This document shows positions 39,350 to 49,154 of a DNA stretch of 64,000 nt, piece after piece (the first letter of the stretch is position 1; every line of letters starts with the position of its first letter). Made by a program: the position numbers and the translations under genes. This stretch comes from Candidatus Latescibacterota bacterium (GTDB lineage: Bacteria; Latescibacterota; UBA2968; GCA-2709665). The notes under the pieces are model-generated. The model searched no databases. It was not told the DNA's origin and saw only the letters and a list, made by a program, of their open reading frames with translations. The DNA lies in the NCBI GenBank assembly GCA_965203805.1, contig OZ241917.1, positions 3,552,001-3,616,000 on the forward strand, written 5' to 3'.

Positions 39350-39944
39350 ACTTCGCTCAGAATGAATGGACGCCCGCCCAAGCTGTCATGTTGACGAATC
39401 CGATGTAAGGGTGGGGCGGAGATTCCTGTCTGCCTGCCTCGCGTCGTACGGGCTGCCTGAATGCGGGCATTTCGACAAGCTTACTTCGGCAAGCTCAGCA
39501 CAGGCAATGACCACGCGTTCCTAGGCAATCTTGGATTTCGCTCAGAATAACAGGCCGGCCGCTCGCTAATCCTGTCATCCTGAGGAAGCCGCCCTGCCTG
39601 ACAGCGGTTCACCGGCAGGCAGGCTGACGAAGGATCTACTGCAGCATCGGACCATCACCGCGCGGCTTGTACGTGTCGGTACCTGAGAGGCGGCACGTTT
39701 GCGCCTACACGGCCAGGCGGAGCAAGCGCGTCTGACGATGCCTCCGCGCATATGGGCGAATGAAGGGATCCACCGCACGTCAACCCGAGAAGACGGGAGA
39801 TTCTTCGCTCCGCTCAGAATGACAACTTGGGCGATGGACATCCACGAAACGTATCCTTCACCCGCTCGCCAAACATGCCATCCTGAGAGGCGGCACATCT
39901 GCTCCCCTCTCCGTGCAGGGGAGGGGCTGGGGGAGGGGTCGCCA
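39350..39944. repeat. Composite repeat array 2
   Basis: 81-nt core at 39744; same modules as array 1 in a different order. Confidence 0.9.
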
Positions 39945-42335
39945 TCACTCATACCGTAACGCGTCGACTGGATTCGCCCACGCTGCTTTACAGCTCTTGT
40001 AGCCAACTGTAAGTAGTGCAATACTCAGCGATAGCAATCCCCCCAGAACAAATGTCGCGATCGCTGGATCGACCCTGTAGGCGAAATTCTCCAGCCACCT
40101 GATCATGGCATAATAGGCGATCGGCCATGCCACGACATTTGCAACACCGACAAGCAGTACATATTCTCTGGACAAGAGTAAGACGATGTTGGAAACAGAT
40201 GCCCCCACTGCCTTCCGGATACCGATTTCCTTGGTTCTTTGTTGCACACTGATGGACGCCAGGCCGAACAGACCAAGTGCTGCTACGACAATCGCCAGGA
40301 TGGAGAACACGCCGAGAAGCGTCGCGAGTCGAACTTCCGTACGGTAAAGCTGATCGAAAGACGTGTCCAGGAACGAATATTCAAACGGCGTATTCGGCAC
40401 AACGTCGCGCCACCGCGATTTCAGAAAATCCAGCGTGCCGGCAACATCCTCCGGACGTATTCGGATCGACAGATAGTTTACCCATCCCCTGTCTACCAGC
40501 ATGATCACAAGCGGTTCGATTTCGTGATGCAGCGATTTGTAGTGAAAGTCCTTCACAACGCCCACTACATCTCCCTGGACGTTCACCTTGAATTGACCAC
40601 GTTCCGGAAAGACATGCGCCAATTTCTTGTTCTCACAGGACGTCCACCCCAATTTCCGCATAGCCTCTTGATTGAGTAGGAATGTCCCGAATCGATCGCT
40701 TCCGAATTCCTTCGAAAAGTCTCGCCCCTCCAGCACTTCAATTCCAAATGTAGAGATAAACCCGTGACCCGCAAAAACCACATTGAATCCCAAAGCATCG
40801 CTGCTTCCGCCGTCGACGACGGGTCGAAACAGGTGACTTGCTATCCTCCGACCTGGCACGGTCGACGAAGCAGAGACATCCAATACCGAACTGTATGCCG
40901 TCACCGCGTTCTTGTATCGCTCCATGGCATCCGCGTCACCATGGGGCATTACGAGCACGTGTTCTTCTTGGAATCCCAGGCGCTTGTTGCGTATGAAACT
41001 CGCCTGGTCGTAAACCACAGCCGTCCCAATCACAAGTACGATTGAAATAGCAAACTGAACGACGACAAGCGTCCTTTGTAAACTCAGTTTGTTGGTACCG
41101 GCACGCGCCAAACCCTTTATTGCTGCAACCGGTTGAAAGGAGGAGAGAAACAGGGCGGGATAGCTTCCGGACAGAACTCCGGTAAACAGTACGATGCCAA
41201 CGAAGCCCAATAAGAGTCCACTGCCTCGCAGATATTCAAGATTCAGGTCACGTTCCACGAAGGCGCCAAATGTGGGTAGTGCAGTCTCGACGAACACGAC
41301 GGCGACAATTGTTGAAATTGCAGCGATAAGGGTCGAATCTCCCAGAAACTGAAGAATCATCTGTTGTCGTTTTGCACCGACCGCTTTCCTCAGTCCCACC
41401 TCCTTCGACCGGTACGTGCAATGGGCGGTCGAAAGAATCGTATAATTGATGCACGCCAGCAGCAACACAAAGAGAGCAATTGCAATGAATAGGTAGACAT
41501 TTCGAATATCCCCGTTCTGGCCGATCTCGAATTCCAGACGGGAATACAGATGAATATCGGCCAACGGCTGCAGGAAGGGTTTCATCTCCACCTGCCTGGC
41601 TTTGTCTCTTTCGCGAATATGCCGCTCGACAAAATCGGGCAATGCCTGCGCCAACCCGGATGCAGCATTTTCGTCCCTCAAGAGCAGATAGGTATAATAG
41701 CTGTGAGCAATCCAGCCGTCGTCGTCACTTTCTATGGGCGTTGCCAGAAAGTCGAACCGCAAATGGGTGTTGTACGTGGGTCCTTCCAGGATGCCGGTGA
41801 CCTTATACAATTTCCGGTCCACCGAGAGGGGCCGCCCCACCGGGTCATCGTCGCCGAAATATTTCCGAGCCATTGCTGCTGACAGCACGATGGAATACGG
41901 TTCCAGAAGCGCCGTCTGAGAGTCTCCCTTGCTCAGTGGAAAATCAAAGACCCGAAAGATGTTCGAATCCGTGAACATTACGCCGGGCTCGTAGAAATAG
42001 TCCTCCCTGGTTTCAACCAGTGTTTTCTCGCCTATATCCCGGAAAAGCCTGACGGCATCGACAACTGTTGGATAGTCCTGCACGAGAGCCGGACCCATCT
42101 GGAACGGCGTAACCGCAACACGATGCGTCTTCCCACTCACGCGAACCTCATCAGCAAGTCGGAAGATTCGACTCGCGTTCTCATGGTGTCTGTCATAGCT
42201 CAGTTCATCCTGAACGTAGAGGAGAATGAGCATGCAGCAGGCCATGCCGATTGCAAGACCGAGAATATTGATGGCCGAAAACGACTTGTTCCTCATCAAA
42301 TTGCGAATGGCGACTTTCAGGTAGTTTGCGACCAC
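39945..42335 (-). CDS. MacB/FtsX-like ABC permease, paralogue 5
   Basis: First ~50 codons and the leader are nearly identical to paralogue 4; ANPVDALRYE. Confidence 0.93.
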   Translation of the reverse strand: MVANYLKVAIRNLMRNKSFSAINILGLAIGMACCMLILLYVQDELSYDRHHENASRIFRLADEVRVSGKTHRVAVTPFQMGPALVQDYPTVVDAVRLFRDIGEKTLVETREDYFYEPGVMFTDSNIFRVFDFPLSKGDSQTALLEPYSIVLSAAMARKYFGDDDPVGRPLSVDRKLYKVTGILEGPTYNTHLRFDFLATPIESDDDGWIAHSYYTYLLLRDENAASGLAQALPDFVERHIRERDKARQVEMKPFLQPLADIHLYSRLEFEIGQNGDIRNVYLFIAIALFVLLLACINYTILSTAHCTYRSKEVGLRKAVGAKRQQMILQFLGDSTLIAAISTIVAVVFVETALPTFGAFVERDLNLEYLRGSGLLLGFVGIVLFTGVLSGSYPALFLSSFQPVAAIKGLARAGTNKLSLQRTLVVVQFAISIVLVIGTAVVYDQASFIRNKRLGFQEEHVLVMPHGDADAMERYKNAVTAYSSVLDVSASSTVPGRRIASHLFRPVVDGGSSDALGFNVVFAGHGFISTFGIEVLEGRDFSKEFGSDRFGTFLLNQEAMRKLGWTSCENKKLAHVFPERGQFKVNVQGDVVGVVKDFHYKSLHHEIEPLVIMLVDRGWVNYLSIRIRPEDVAGTLDFLKSRWRDVVPNTPFEYSFLDTSFDQLYRTEVRLATLLGVFSILAIVVAALGLFGLASISVQQRTKEIGIRKAVGASVSNIVLLLSREYVLLVGVANVVAWPIAYYAMIRWLENFAYRVDPAIATFVLGGLLSLSIALLTVGYKSCKAAWANPVDALRYE

Positions 42336-42367
42336 GTAGGGTCACCTCCTGCGTTTCATTGACGCGA

Positions 42368-42848
42368 CTTCGCTCAGAATGAAAGATCCGCTTGCATCAT
42401 CAGCGATACGTTTCCGTCACCCACTCGCCACATGTCCCGCTAAGAAATCCGCTCTGAGGGTGGGGCGGACATTCCTGTCTGCCCACGTCAACGTCGTTCT
42501 GTCAATTGAAGCAGATTGGCGGGGCCGCCAGGCGACGATGCCTCCGCGCATATGGGCTGGCGATGGCTTCCGCTGAACGTCAACCCGAGAAGACGGGAGA
42601 TTCTTCGCTCCGCTCAGAATGACATGTGTTGCAATAACGCTTGGCGAGACGTCTCCGTCATACCTTCGCCCAAACATGTCATCCTGAGGAAGCCGCCTTG
42701 CCCGCCAGAGATTCACCGGCAGGCAGGCTGACGAAGGATCTACTGCAGCATCGGTCAATCTTCACGAGTCTTCCACGTGTCGATACCTAGGAGGCGGCAC
42801 ATCTGCTCCCCTCTCCGCCCCGGGGAGGGGCTGGGGGAGGAGTCGCCA
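42368..42848. repeat. Composite repeat array 3
   Basis: 81-nt core at 42544; same modules. Confidence 0.9.
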
Positions 42849-45314
42849 TCACTCATACCGCAACGCGTCCACCGGATTCGCGCGGGCTGCCCGGGCGACC
42901 TGAAGGCTCACCGCCAGGAGAACGACGAGGAGCGTGAGCAGACCCCCTAGCAAAAAGGTCCCGATCCCCGGATCCACACGATACGCGAAATCCTGCAGCC
43001 AGCGCTCCGCCGCGTAGTACGTTGCCGGCCATGAGATCAATGCGGCAATACCGACAATGGCCACATATTCCCGCGTCAGCAAGGACACGATTCGTGACGT
43101 CGGCGCGCCAAGGACTTTTCGGATCCCGATTTCCTTGGTACGCCTGGCGACGGTGAGCGACGTCAGCCCGAAGGCGCCCAGGCAGGCGATGAATACGGCG
43201 AAGAACGTCGCGTAACCCGCGATCCTGAACCATCGACGTTCTTCCCGATACTGAAGGTCGATATCCTCATCGAGGAAATTATAGTTTAAAGGAATATCCG
43301 GTGCGATTTCACCCCACTTGTCCCTTAAGAAATCAAGTGTATCGAAGACATTCTCGGGGCGAATTCGAACCATGAGCAGGTATCGGACGTCCCACGTGGG
43401 GCGGCCGGACGACGGTGTCTCCCTTAACTGCAGCACCGCGGGTCCAATGGCGTGGTGAAGAGACCTGAAATGAAAATCCCTGACGACCCCGATAACCGTC
43501 AGTTCCTTTCTGTCGAGCCGAATCGTCTCGCCGACAGTCGCTTTCCATCCCAGTTTCCGCGCCAGAGATTCGTTGACAACAACGGATGTCTTTGCATCGC
43601 TGTCCCGTTCGAAGTTGCGACCCTCCATCAGCCCTATTCCCATGGTATCGAGGAATCGTAGATCGCAGAAAATCCTCTCGACGCCTTCCAGTGTCGTTCC
43701 CTTCCAGTTTATTCGCGTATTATTCCGCATCGAATTGCTGAGTCCGTGTGACGTTCTCGTCGTCTTCAAAACAGAATGGTATGCCCGGATCTCATCCTCA
43801 AAGGTATCGGCCAGTTCCATTCTATCCGCTATACCGACCAGGCGAACGACGACGACATGGTTGGGTTCGAAACCTAGCGGTTTCGATTTCAACTGGCTCA
43901 TTTGTATGGAAGCGATGGTCATGCATGTCACCAGCGAAGTGGAAATGGCCAGTTGGAATACCACGAGCGCACGGCTGAAAAGACCCATTCGATCCGTCTT
44001 GAAACGCCCTTTCAACGCATCGACGGGAAGGAATCCGGACATGAACAATGCCGGGTAGCCCCCGGCAAAAATGCCCACGACCAGCAGCACCACGAACAGA
44101 TACCCAATAGACGTTGAATCCGCCAGGTCAGAAATGGCGAATTTCCTGTTAATCAGACTGTTGAAACCCGGCATGAACACTTCGGCCAGCGCCAGCCCGA
44201 GCCCGAGCGCGATTAGCGTCAGCAGCACCGATTCCGCCAGAAACTGCCTCGCCAGTTGCATTCGAAGACCCCCGGTCACCTTGCGCATTCCAACTTCGCG
44301 GCCACGGGAAATCGACCGGCCCACCGAGAGATTCGTGTAGTTGACCGCGGCCACGACCAGCACGAGTATTGCAATGGCTCCGAGGTGGTGCGAATGGACA
44401 GGATTACCAAATGGGCGCGACCTCATGCGACGGTTATCAAAGTAAATGTCTCTAATGGGCTGCAACTTCAACTTGCTCGAGAATCCGTTCCTGGAAGGTG
44501 GTATCGCAAGATCCTCAAGCCGGCGCTCTATTTCCAGTGGACGATGGTAGTCCGGGAGCAACAAGTAGGTGTTAACATCGCTTATTTTGCGTCCGTGTTT
44601 CTGATCATCCGGATTCAAGAGGGAGAGAAAGTCAAAACGAATGGTGGAGTTTTTGGGAATTGTCCTGATTACGCCAGTTACCGTCAATTCCTGAGTCGGG
44701 CGGTCGTCCGAGAATTCATCCCTGGATTTGGGCGTTGGGCTTGAATGTCCGAAGGAAATCACGTTCAATCCCGACGATCCGCGTGTACGGACAACGGGGA
44801 TTTCGACAGTCTGGACTGAAATCGTCTCGCCGATCGGGTCTTCCCCCTGGAAGAGTCTCTCGGCAATCGTTTCGGTAATGATCACGTAGTTCGGATCCTG
44901 CAACGCGGTGACCGGATCTCCCTTAATAAGCGGGAAGGAGAATACGTCCAGAATTGCCGGATCTGCGAAAAGGAAGGACTCTTTGGTCGTCTGACCACCA
45001 TGGCGGACTACTCGCGGTCCAGGATCCAATCTCACGGAACGGACCTCCGGAAGTGCTTCTGACAACGCCGGCCCCAGAGTAACCGCCGTCCGATCTGTCA
45101 ACATAACCGATTCACCGAACGTTATTTCTCTGCCGACCCTGTATATCCGATCAGCGTTCTCATGAAACCCGTCGTAGGTCCATTCGTAACGCACATACAG
45201 GAACGCCAGCAGGCAAAATGAAATCGCAATGCCCAGACCCACCACGTTGATCGCGGCGTAGAGCGGGTGCCGCAGCAGGTTCCTGTAGGCTACCTTGAGA
45301 TAATTCCAGAGCAT
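42849..45314 (-). CDS. MacB/FtsX-like ABC permease, paralogue 6
   Basis: MLWNYLKVAYRN, KEIGIRKVLGA, ANPVDALRYE. Confidence 0.93.
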   Translation of the reverse strand: MLWNYLKVAYRNLLRHPLYAAINVVGLGIAISFCLLAFLYVRYEWTYDGFHENADRIYRVGREITFGESVMLTDRTAVTLGPALSEALPEVRSVRLDPGPRVVRHGGQTTKESFLFADPAILDVFSFPLIKGDPVTALQDPNYVIITETIAERLFQGEDPIGETISVQTVEIPVVRTRGSSGLNVISFGHSSPTPKSRDEFSDDRPTQELTVTGVIRTIPKNSTIRFDFLSLLNPDDQKHGRKISDVNTYLLLPDYHRPLEIERRLEDLAIPPSRNGFSSKLKLQPIRDIYFDNRRMRSRPFGNPVHSHHLGAIAILVLVVAAVNYTNLSVGRSISRGREVGMRKVTGGLRMQLARQFLAESVLLTLIALGLGLALAEVFMPGFNSLINRKFAISDLADSTSIGYLFVVLLVVGIFAGGYPALFMSGFLPVDALKGRFKTDRMGLFSRALVVFQLAISTSLVTCMTIASIQMSQLKSKPLGFEPNHVVVVRLVGIADRMELADTFEDEIRAYHSVLKTTRTSHGLSNSMRNNTRINWKGTTLEGVERIFCDLRFLDTMGIGLMEGRNFERDSDAKTSVVVNESLARKLGWKATVGETIRLDRKELTVIGVVRDFHFRSLHHAIGPAVLQLRETPSSGRPTWDVRYLLMVRIRPENVFDTLDFLRDKWGEIAPDIPLNYNFLDEDIDLQYREERRWFRIAGYATFFAVFIACLGAFGLTSLTVARRTKEIGIRKVLGAPTSRIVSLLTREYVAIVGIAALISWPATYYAAERWLQDFAYRVDPGIGTFLLGGLLTLLVVLLAVSLQVARAARANPVDALRYE

Positions 45315-45397
45315 CGGCTGACTCCTTGGTGTTTGGGTCTTTCACATTGACCCGGCGCGGCTTTGCTGTGCCCGGCTGCAACCGAAGTTTTCAAGCC

Positions 45398-46035
45398 AAC
45401 GATGCCTCCGCGCATATCGGCCCATGAACGCGTCCGCTGCACGTCAAGGCGAGAAGACGGGAGATTCTTCGCTCCGCTCAGAATGACATGTTTTGCAATA
45501 GCTATTAGTGAGATGTTTCGGTCATACCTTCTTCCGACCGTCATCGTGAAGAAACCGCAGTGAGGGTGGGGCGGACATTCCTGTCTGCCCACGTCAATGT
45601 CTTTCTGTCAATTGAAGCAGATGCCGAGGCCGCCAGGCGACGATGCCTCCGCGCATACGGGCCGGTGTACGGGTCCCCCGCACGTCAACCCGAGAAGACG
45701 GGAGATTCTTCGCTCCGCTCAGAATGACATGTTTTGCAATAGCTATTAGTGAGATGTTTCGGTCATACCTTCTTCCGACCGTCATCGTGAAGAAACCGCA
45801 GTGAAGGTGGGGCGGACATTCCTGTCTGCCCACGTCAATGTCTTTCTGTCAATTGAAGCAGATGGCGAGGCCGCCAGGCGACGATGCCTCCGCGCATATG
45901 GGCGAATGAAGGGGTCCCCCGCACGTCAACCCGAGGAGACGGGAGATTCTTCGCTCCGCTCAGAATGACATGCTTTTTAGTCGACATTCGCGAGATGTCT
46001 TGGCCGTACCTGCGCCAAGACTGTTATCCTGAGGG
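45398..46035. repeat. Composite repeat array 4: tandem 241-bp units
   Basis: gatgcctccgcgcata at 45401, 45642 and 45883 (period 241). Confidence 0.92.
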
Positions 46036-46097
46036 GTCGCCGTGCCCGCGACGGACGCATTGGGCGCATGACGGTCGTTGTCCCAATAATACCCTGA

Positions 46098-46112
46098 GCA
46101 ACGGGCGTGCCA
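46098..46112 (-). promoter_or_regulatory. Sigma-54 -24/-12 promoter (perfect consensus)
   Basis: Minus strand TGGCACGCCCGTTGC. Confidence 0.85.
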
Positions 46113-46176
46113 TACGTTTTCGCCTCGATTTTACAGGTACTTAGCGATGCGCCGGCGAAAGGAGGCAGCACGTGAG

Positions 46177-46213
46177 TGTCCGATAATGATACAGCAATGT
46201 CCGAAACCGAACA
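46177..46213. promoter_or_regulatory. Tandem operator C
   Basis: TGTCCGATAATGATACA-N4-TGTCCGAAACCGAACA. Confidence 0.72.
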
Positions 46214-46301
46214 CATGGCGCGCGCCGGTCTTCGAGCCGCTTGACAGGATAAGTCTCTGTGATCATTATGGTTGTGCGTAATTTCGGCTCAAGAGGCATA
46301 T

Positions 46302-46316
46302 TGGCACGAAAAATGC
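46302..46316 (+). promoter_or_regulatory. Probable sigma-54 promoter of the regulator operon
   Basis: TGGCACGAAAAATGC, one mismatch to consensus. Confidence 0.6.
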
Positions 46317-46427
46317 GCCTCTTGTCAGGCAATGAAACATCTCCAGCATGTTCGGCTGCCGATCCCTTTTCGCCTCCGGGACGCGGGTATCGTCCGCCGA
46401 TTCATGCTGGAAGGCTCCGGGGCTCCG

Positions 46428-47804
46428 ATGAAATCACTCGACAAAATCCTCATCGTCGACGACGACCGCGACGTGCTGCTGGCCGCGCAGCTCTTTCTCA
46501 AGCAGCACGCCGGGCGCGTGGATACCGAAACCGATCCCAACCGCATTCCGGAAGTGCTGCAGAGTGATTCCTACGACGTGATCCTGCTGGATATGAACTT
46601 CGCCCAGGACGCCACGTCCGGCAGAGAAGGTTTCCACTGGCTGCGGCGCATTCTCGATATCGATCCTTCTGCCGTGGTTGTCCTGATTACGGCGTTCGGC
46701 GACGTCAAGACGGCCGTGCAGGCCATCAGGGAGGGCGCGACGGACTTTGTCCTTAAACCGTGGCAGAACGAGAAACTCCTGGCCACGCTGTCCGCGGCAG
46801 CAAGGCTCCGCGAATCGCGCCTCGACGTCGCCCGGCTCCGCTCACGGCAGAAACAACTCCACGCCGATCTGGACCGGCAGTTTCCCGGCATCGTGGCTGT
46901 CTCGCCGGTCATGCGCGACGTCTTCGAGACCATACGGAAGGTCGCCGCAACCGACGCCAACGTCCTCATCCTTGGCGACAACGGAACGGGAAAGGATGCG
47001 GTGGCGCGCGCCATTCACCGAAACTCCAGCCGCGCGGACCAGGTCTTCATCCACGTCGACCTCGGCGCCGTCCCCGAGACCCTGTTCGAAAGCGAGCTCT
47101 TCGGGCACAAAAAAGGCGCCTTTACAGACGCCGGGGAGGACCGTGCGGGGCGGTTTGAAACGGCTTCGGGCGGGACGCTGTTCCTGGATGAGATCGGCAA
47201 CCTCTCGCTGACGCTTCAGGCGAAACTGCTCACCGTACTCGAAAAGCGCACGGTGTTCCGGCTGGGCGCCAACAAGCCCGTCCCTATCGATATCCGGCTC
47301 GTGTGCGCCACGAATACGCCCATTCACGAACTTGCCGCCCGGAACGACTTCCGCCAGGACCTGCTCTACCGCGTCAACACCGTTGAAATCAGCCTGCCGC
47401 CGCTCCGGGACCGCCGCGAAGACCTGCCGCTCCTCGTAGGCAGCTTCCTGGACAGGTATTGCAGGAAATACAAGAAGCCCCGTATCGGCCTGCATCCCCG
47501 CACCCTGGAAAAACTCAAAGGATACGCCTGGCCCGGAAACGTCCGCGAACTCCAGCACGCCATCGAACGCGCGGTCATCATGAACGAAAACGGAACGCTG
47601 CAACCCGCGGACTTCCCCCTCACCACGTCGGAGACCGCTGCGGGCGACCACATACTCTGCGAAGACTTCAATCTCGAACGCATCGAGAAAACCGCCATCC
47701 GCAAAGCCATCGAGAAGCACGAGGGCAACATCAGCCACACGGCCCGGGAACTGGGCATCACGCGTAGCGCCCTTTACCGAAGGCTGGAAAAATATGGTCT
47801 ATAA
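46428..47804 (+). CDS. Sigma-54-dependent response regulator (receiver-AAA+-Fis HTH; NtrC family)
   Basis: [48 protein letters not shown]-terminal HTH. Confidence 0.95.
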   Translation: MKSLDKILIVDDDRDVLLAAQLFLKQHAGRVDTETDPNRIPEVLQSDSYDVILLDMNFAQDATSGREGFHWLRRILDIDPSAVVVLITAFGDVKTAVQAIREGATDFVLKPWQNEKLLATLSAAARLRESRLDVARLRSRQKQLHADLDRQFPGIVAVSPVMRDVFETIRKVAATDANVLILGDNGTGKDAVARAIHRNSSRADQVFIHVDLGAVPETLFESELFGHKKGAFTDAGEDRAGRFETASGGTLFLDEIGNLSLTLQAKLLTVLEKRTVFRLGANKPVPIDIRLVCATNTPIHELAARNDFRQDLLYRVNTVEISLPPLRDRREDLPLLVGSFLDRYCRKYKKPRIGLHPRTLEKLKGYAWPGNVRELQHAIERAVIMNENGTLQPADFPLTTSETAAGDHILCEDFNLERIEKTAIRKAIEKHEGNISHTARELGITRSALYRRLEKYGL

Positions 47805-49137
47805 ACACTTTCGGACGCTGTGCATCGTGCGCGTAGCGTTCCTGTGCGCCACCCTCTGCGCCCTCGTGTTCGTGCTCTTTCAGACCTCCTACTACACCAC
47901 CGTCTTCATTCTGGCCGGCATCGCACTCTACCAGGCCTGGGCCCTTGTCCACTTCGTGGAGCGCACCAACCGGGACCTCACCCGCTTTCTGCAGGCCATC
48001 CGGTACGAAGACTTCTCCCAATCCTTCAGCGGCAGGGGACTCGGGTCCGCATTCGACGACCTGAAAGAGGCGTTCAACGAGGTGCTGAACGCCTTTCGGA
48101 AGACACGCGCGGAAAAAGAGGAGAACTTCCAATACCTGCAGACGGTGGTCCAGCACGTGGGCGTGGGCCTGGTGTGTTACGACACCGACGGCCGCATCGA
48201 GCTCATGAACACCGCCGCCCAGCGCCTGCTTCGCAGACCCCACGTCCACAACGTGCGCGAGCTGCGGACGGTGAGCAAGTCCCTTTCCGACACCCTTCTG
48301 GCCCTGCGGCCCGGCGACAGGACCCTGGTCAAAGTCCAGGACGAAGACGAACTCCTTCAGATTGTCATCCACGCCACCGAAATCAGAATGCGCGGCGAGT
48401 CGTTCATCCTCGCCTCCGTGCAGGACATACAGAGCGAACTCGAAGAGCAGGAAATGGACGCGTGGCAGAAGCTCATCCGCGTGCTCATCCACGAAATCAT
48501 GAACTCCATCACCCCCATTTCCTCTCTGGCCTCTACCTTACGCGGTCACTTTCCCGAATCCGACCGCGCGTCCTCGCTCGATCCCCAGACCGTAACCGAC
48601 GTACACGCGGCGCTCGAGACCATTCAGTCGAGGAGCGAAGGCCTGCAACAGTTCGTCGATACCTATCGCCAACTCACACGGATCCCCCGGCCGGACTTTC
48701 AAATCTGCCCGGTCGGCGACCTCTTCGCTCGCGTGGTAAACCTGATGCAACCGGAATGTGAAAAGGAGCGCATCGGACTGTGCACGCGGGTCGAACCCGA
48801 GTCCCTGGAAGTTACGGCCGACCCCCACCTGGTGGAGCAGGTCCTCATCAATCTGGTGCGGAACGCGCTGCAGGCCCTCGCCGGACGCGATCAGGCCCGC
48901 GTCGAACTCGCCGCGGGCCTGGACCGAAGAGGCCGGGTCCTCATCCGCGTTCGGGACAATGGACCCGGCATCCTCGAAGACGTGCAGGAGCGTATTTTTA
49001 TCCCGTTCTTCACCACCAGACAGGAGGGTTCGGGGATCGGGCTGTCACTCTGCCGGCAGATAATGCGCCAGCACCGCGGCGCCATCAGCGTTCAGTCCAC
49101 GCCCGACGAAGAAACCGTATTCACCCTCCGGTTCTGA
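47794..49137 (+). CDS. Membrane sensor histidine kinase (NtrY-like)
   Basis: Two N-terminal TM segments, PAS-like region, HEIMNSITPI, NLVRNA, DNGPG, FFTT, GSGIGL. Confidence 0.93.
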   Translation: MVYKHFRTLCIVRVAFLCATLCALVFVLFQTSYYTTVFILAGIALYQAWALVHFVERTNRDLTRFLQAIRYEDFSQSFSGRGLGSAFDDLKEAFNEVLNAFRKTRAEKEENFQYLQTVVQHVGVGLVCYDTDGRIELMNTAAQRLLRRPHVHNVRELRTVSKSLSDTLLALRPGDRTLVKVQDEDELLQIVIHATEIRMRGESFILASVQDIQSELEEQEMDAWQKLIRVLIHEIMNSITPISSLASTLRGHFPESDRASSLDPQTVTDVHAALETIQSRSEGLQQFVDTYRQLTRIPRPDFQICPVGDLFARVVNLMQPECEKERIGLCTRVEPESLEVTADPHLVEQVLINLVRNALQALAGRDQARVELAAGLDRRGRVLIRVRDNGPGILEDVQERIFIPFFTTRQEGSGIGLSLCRQIMRQHRGAISVQSTPDEETVFTLRF

Positions 49138-49154
49138 TCGGCTGACGGGACCTG

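Noticed and set aside
45398-46035. CRISPR array (conserved repeat with a variable 23-nt segment)
   Set aside because: The period is 241 bp, most of the unit is conserved, the variable segments resemble each other, and no cas genes are present
36303-46035. Integron cassette array
   Set aside because: No tyrosine recombinase, and I could not find attC-type RYYYAAC...GTTRRRY boundaries
36020-46144. Recurrent small ORFs (MGRQEC.PH..., VILSGAKNL..., MPPRIWA...)
   Set aside because: These are translations of the DNA repeats, with inconsistent starts, stops and frames between copies
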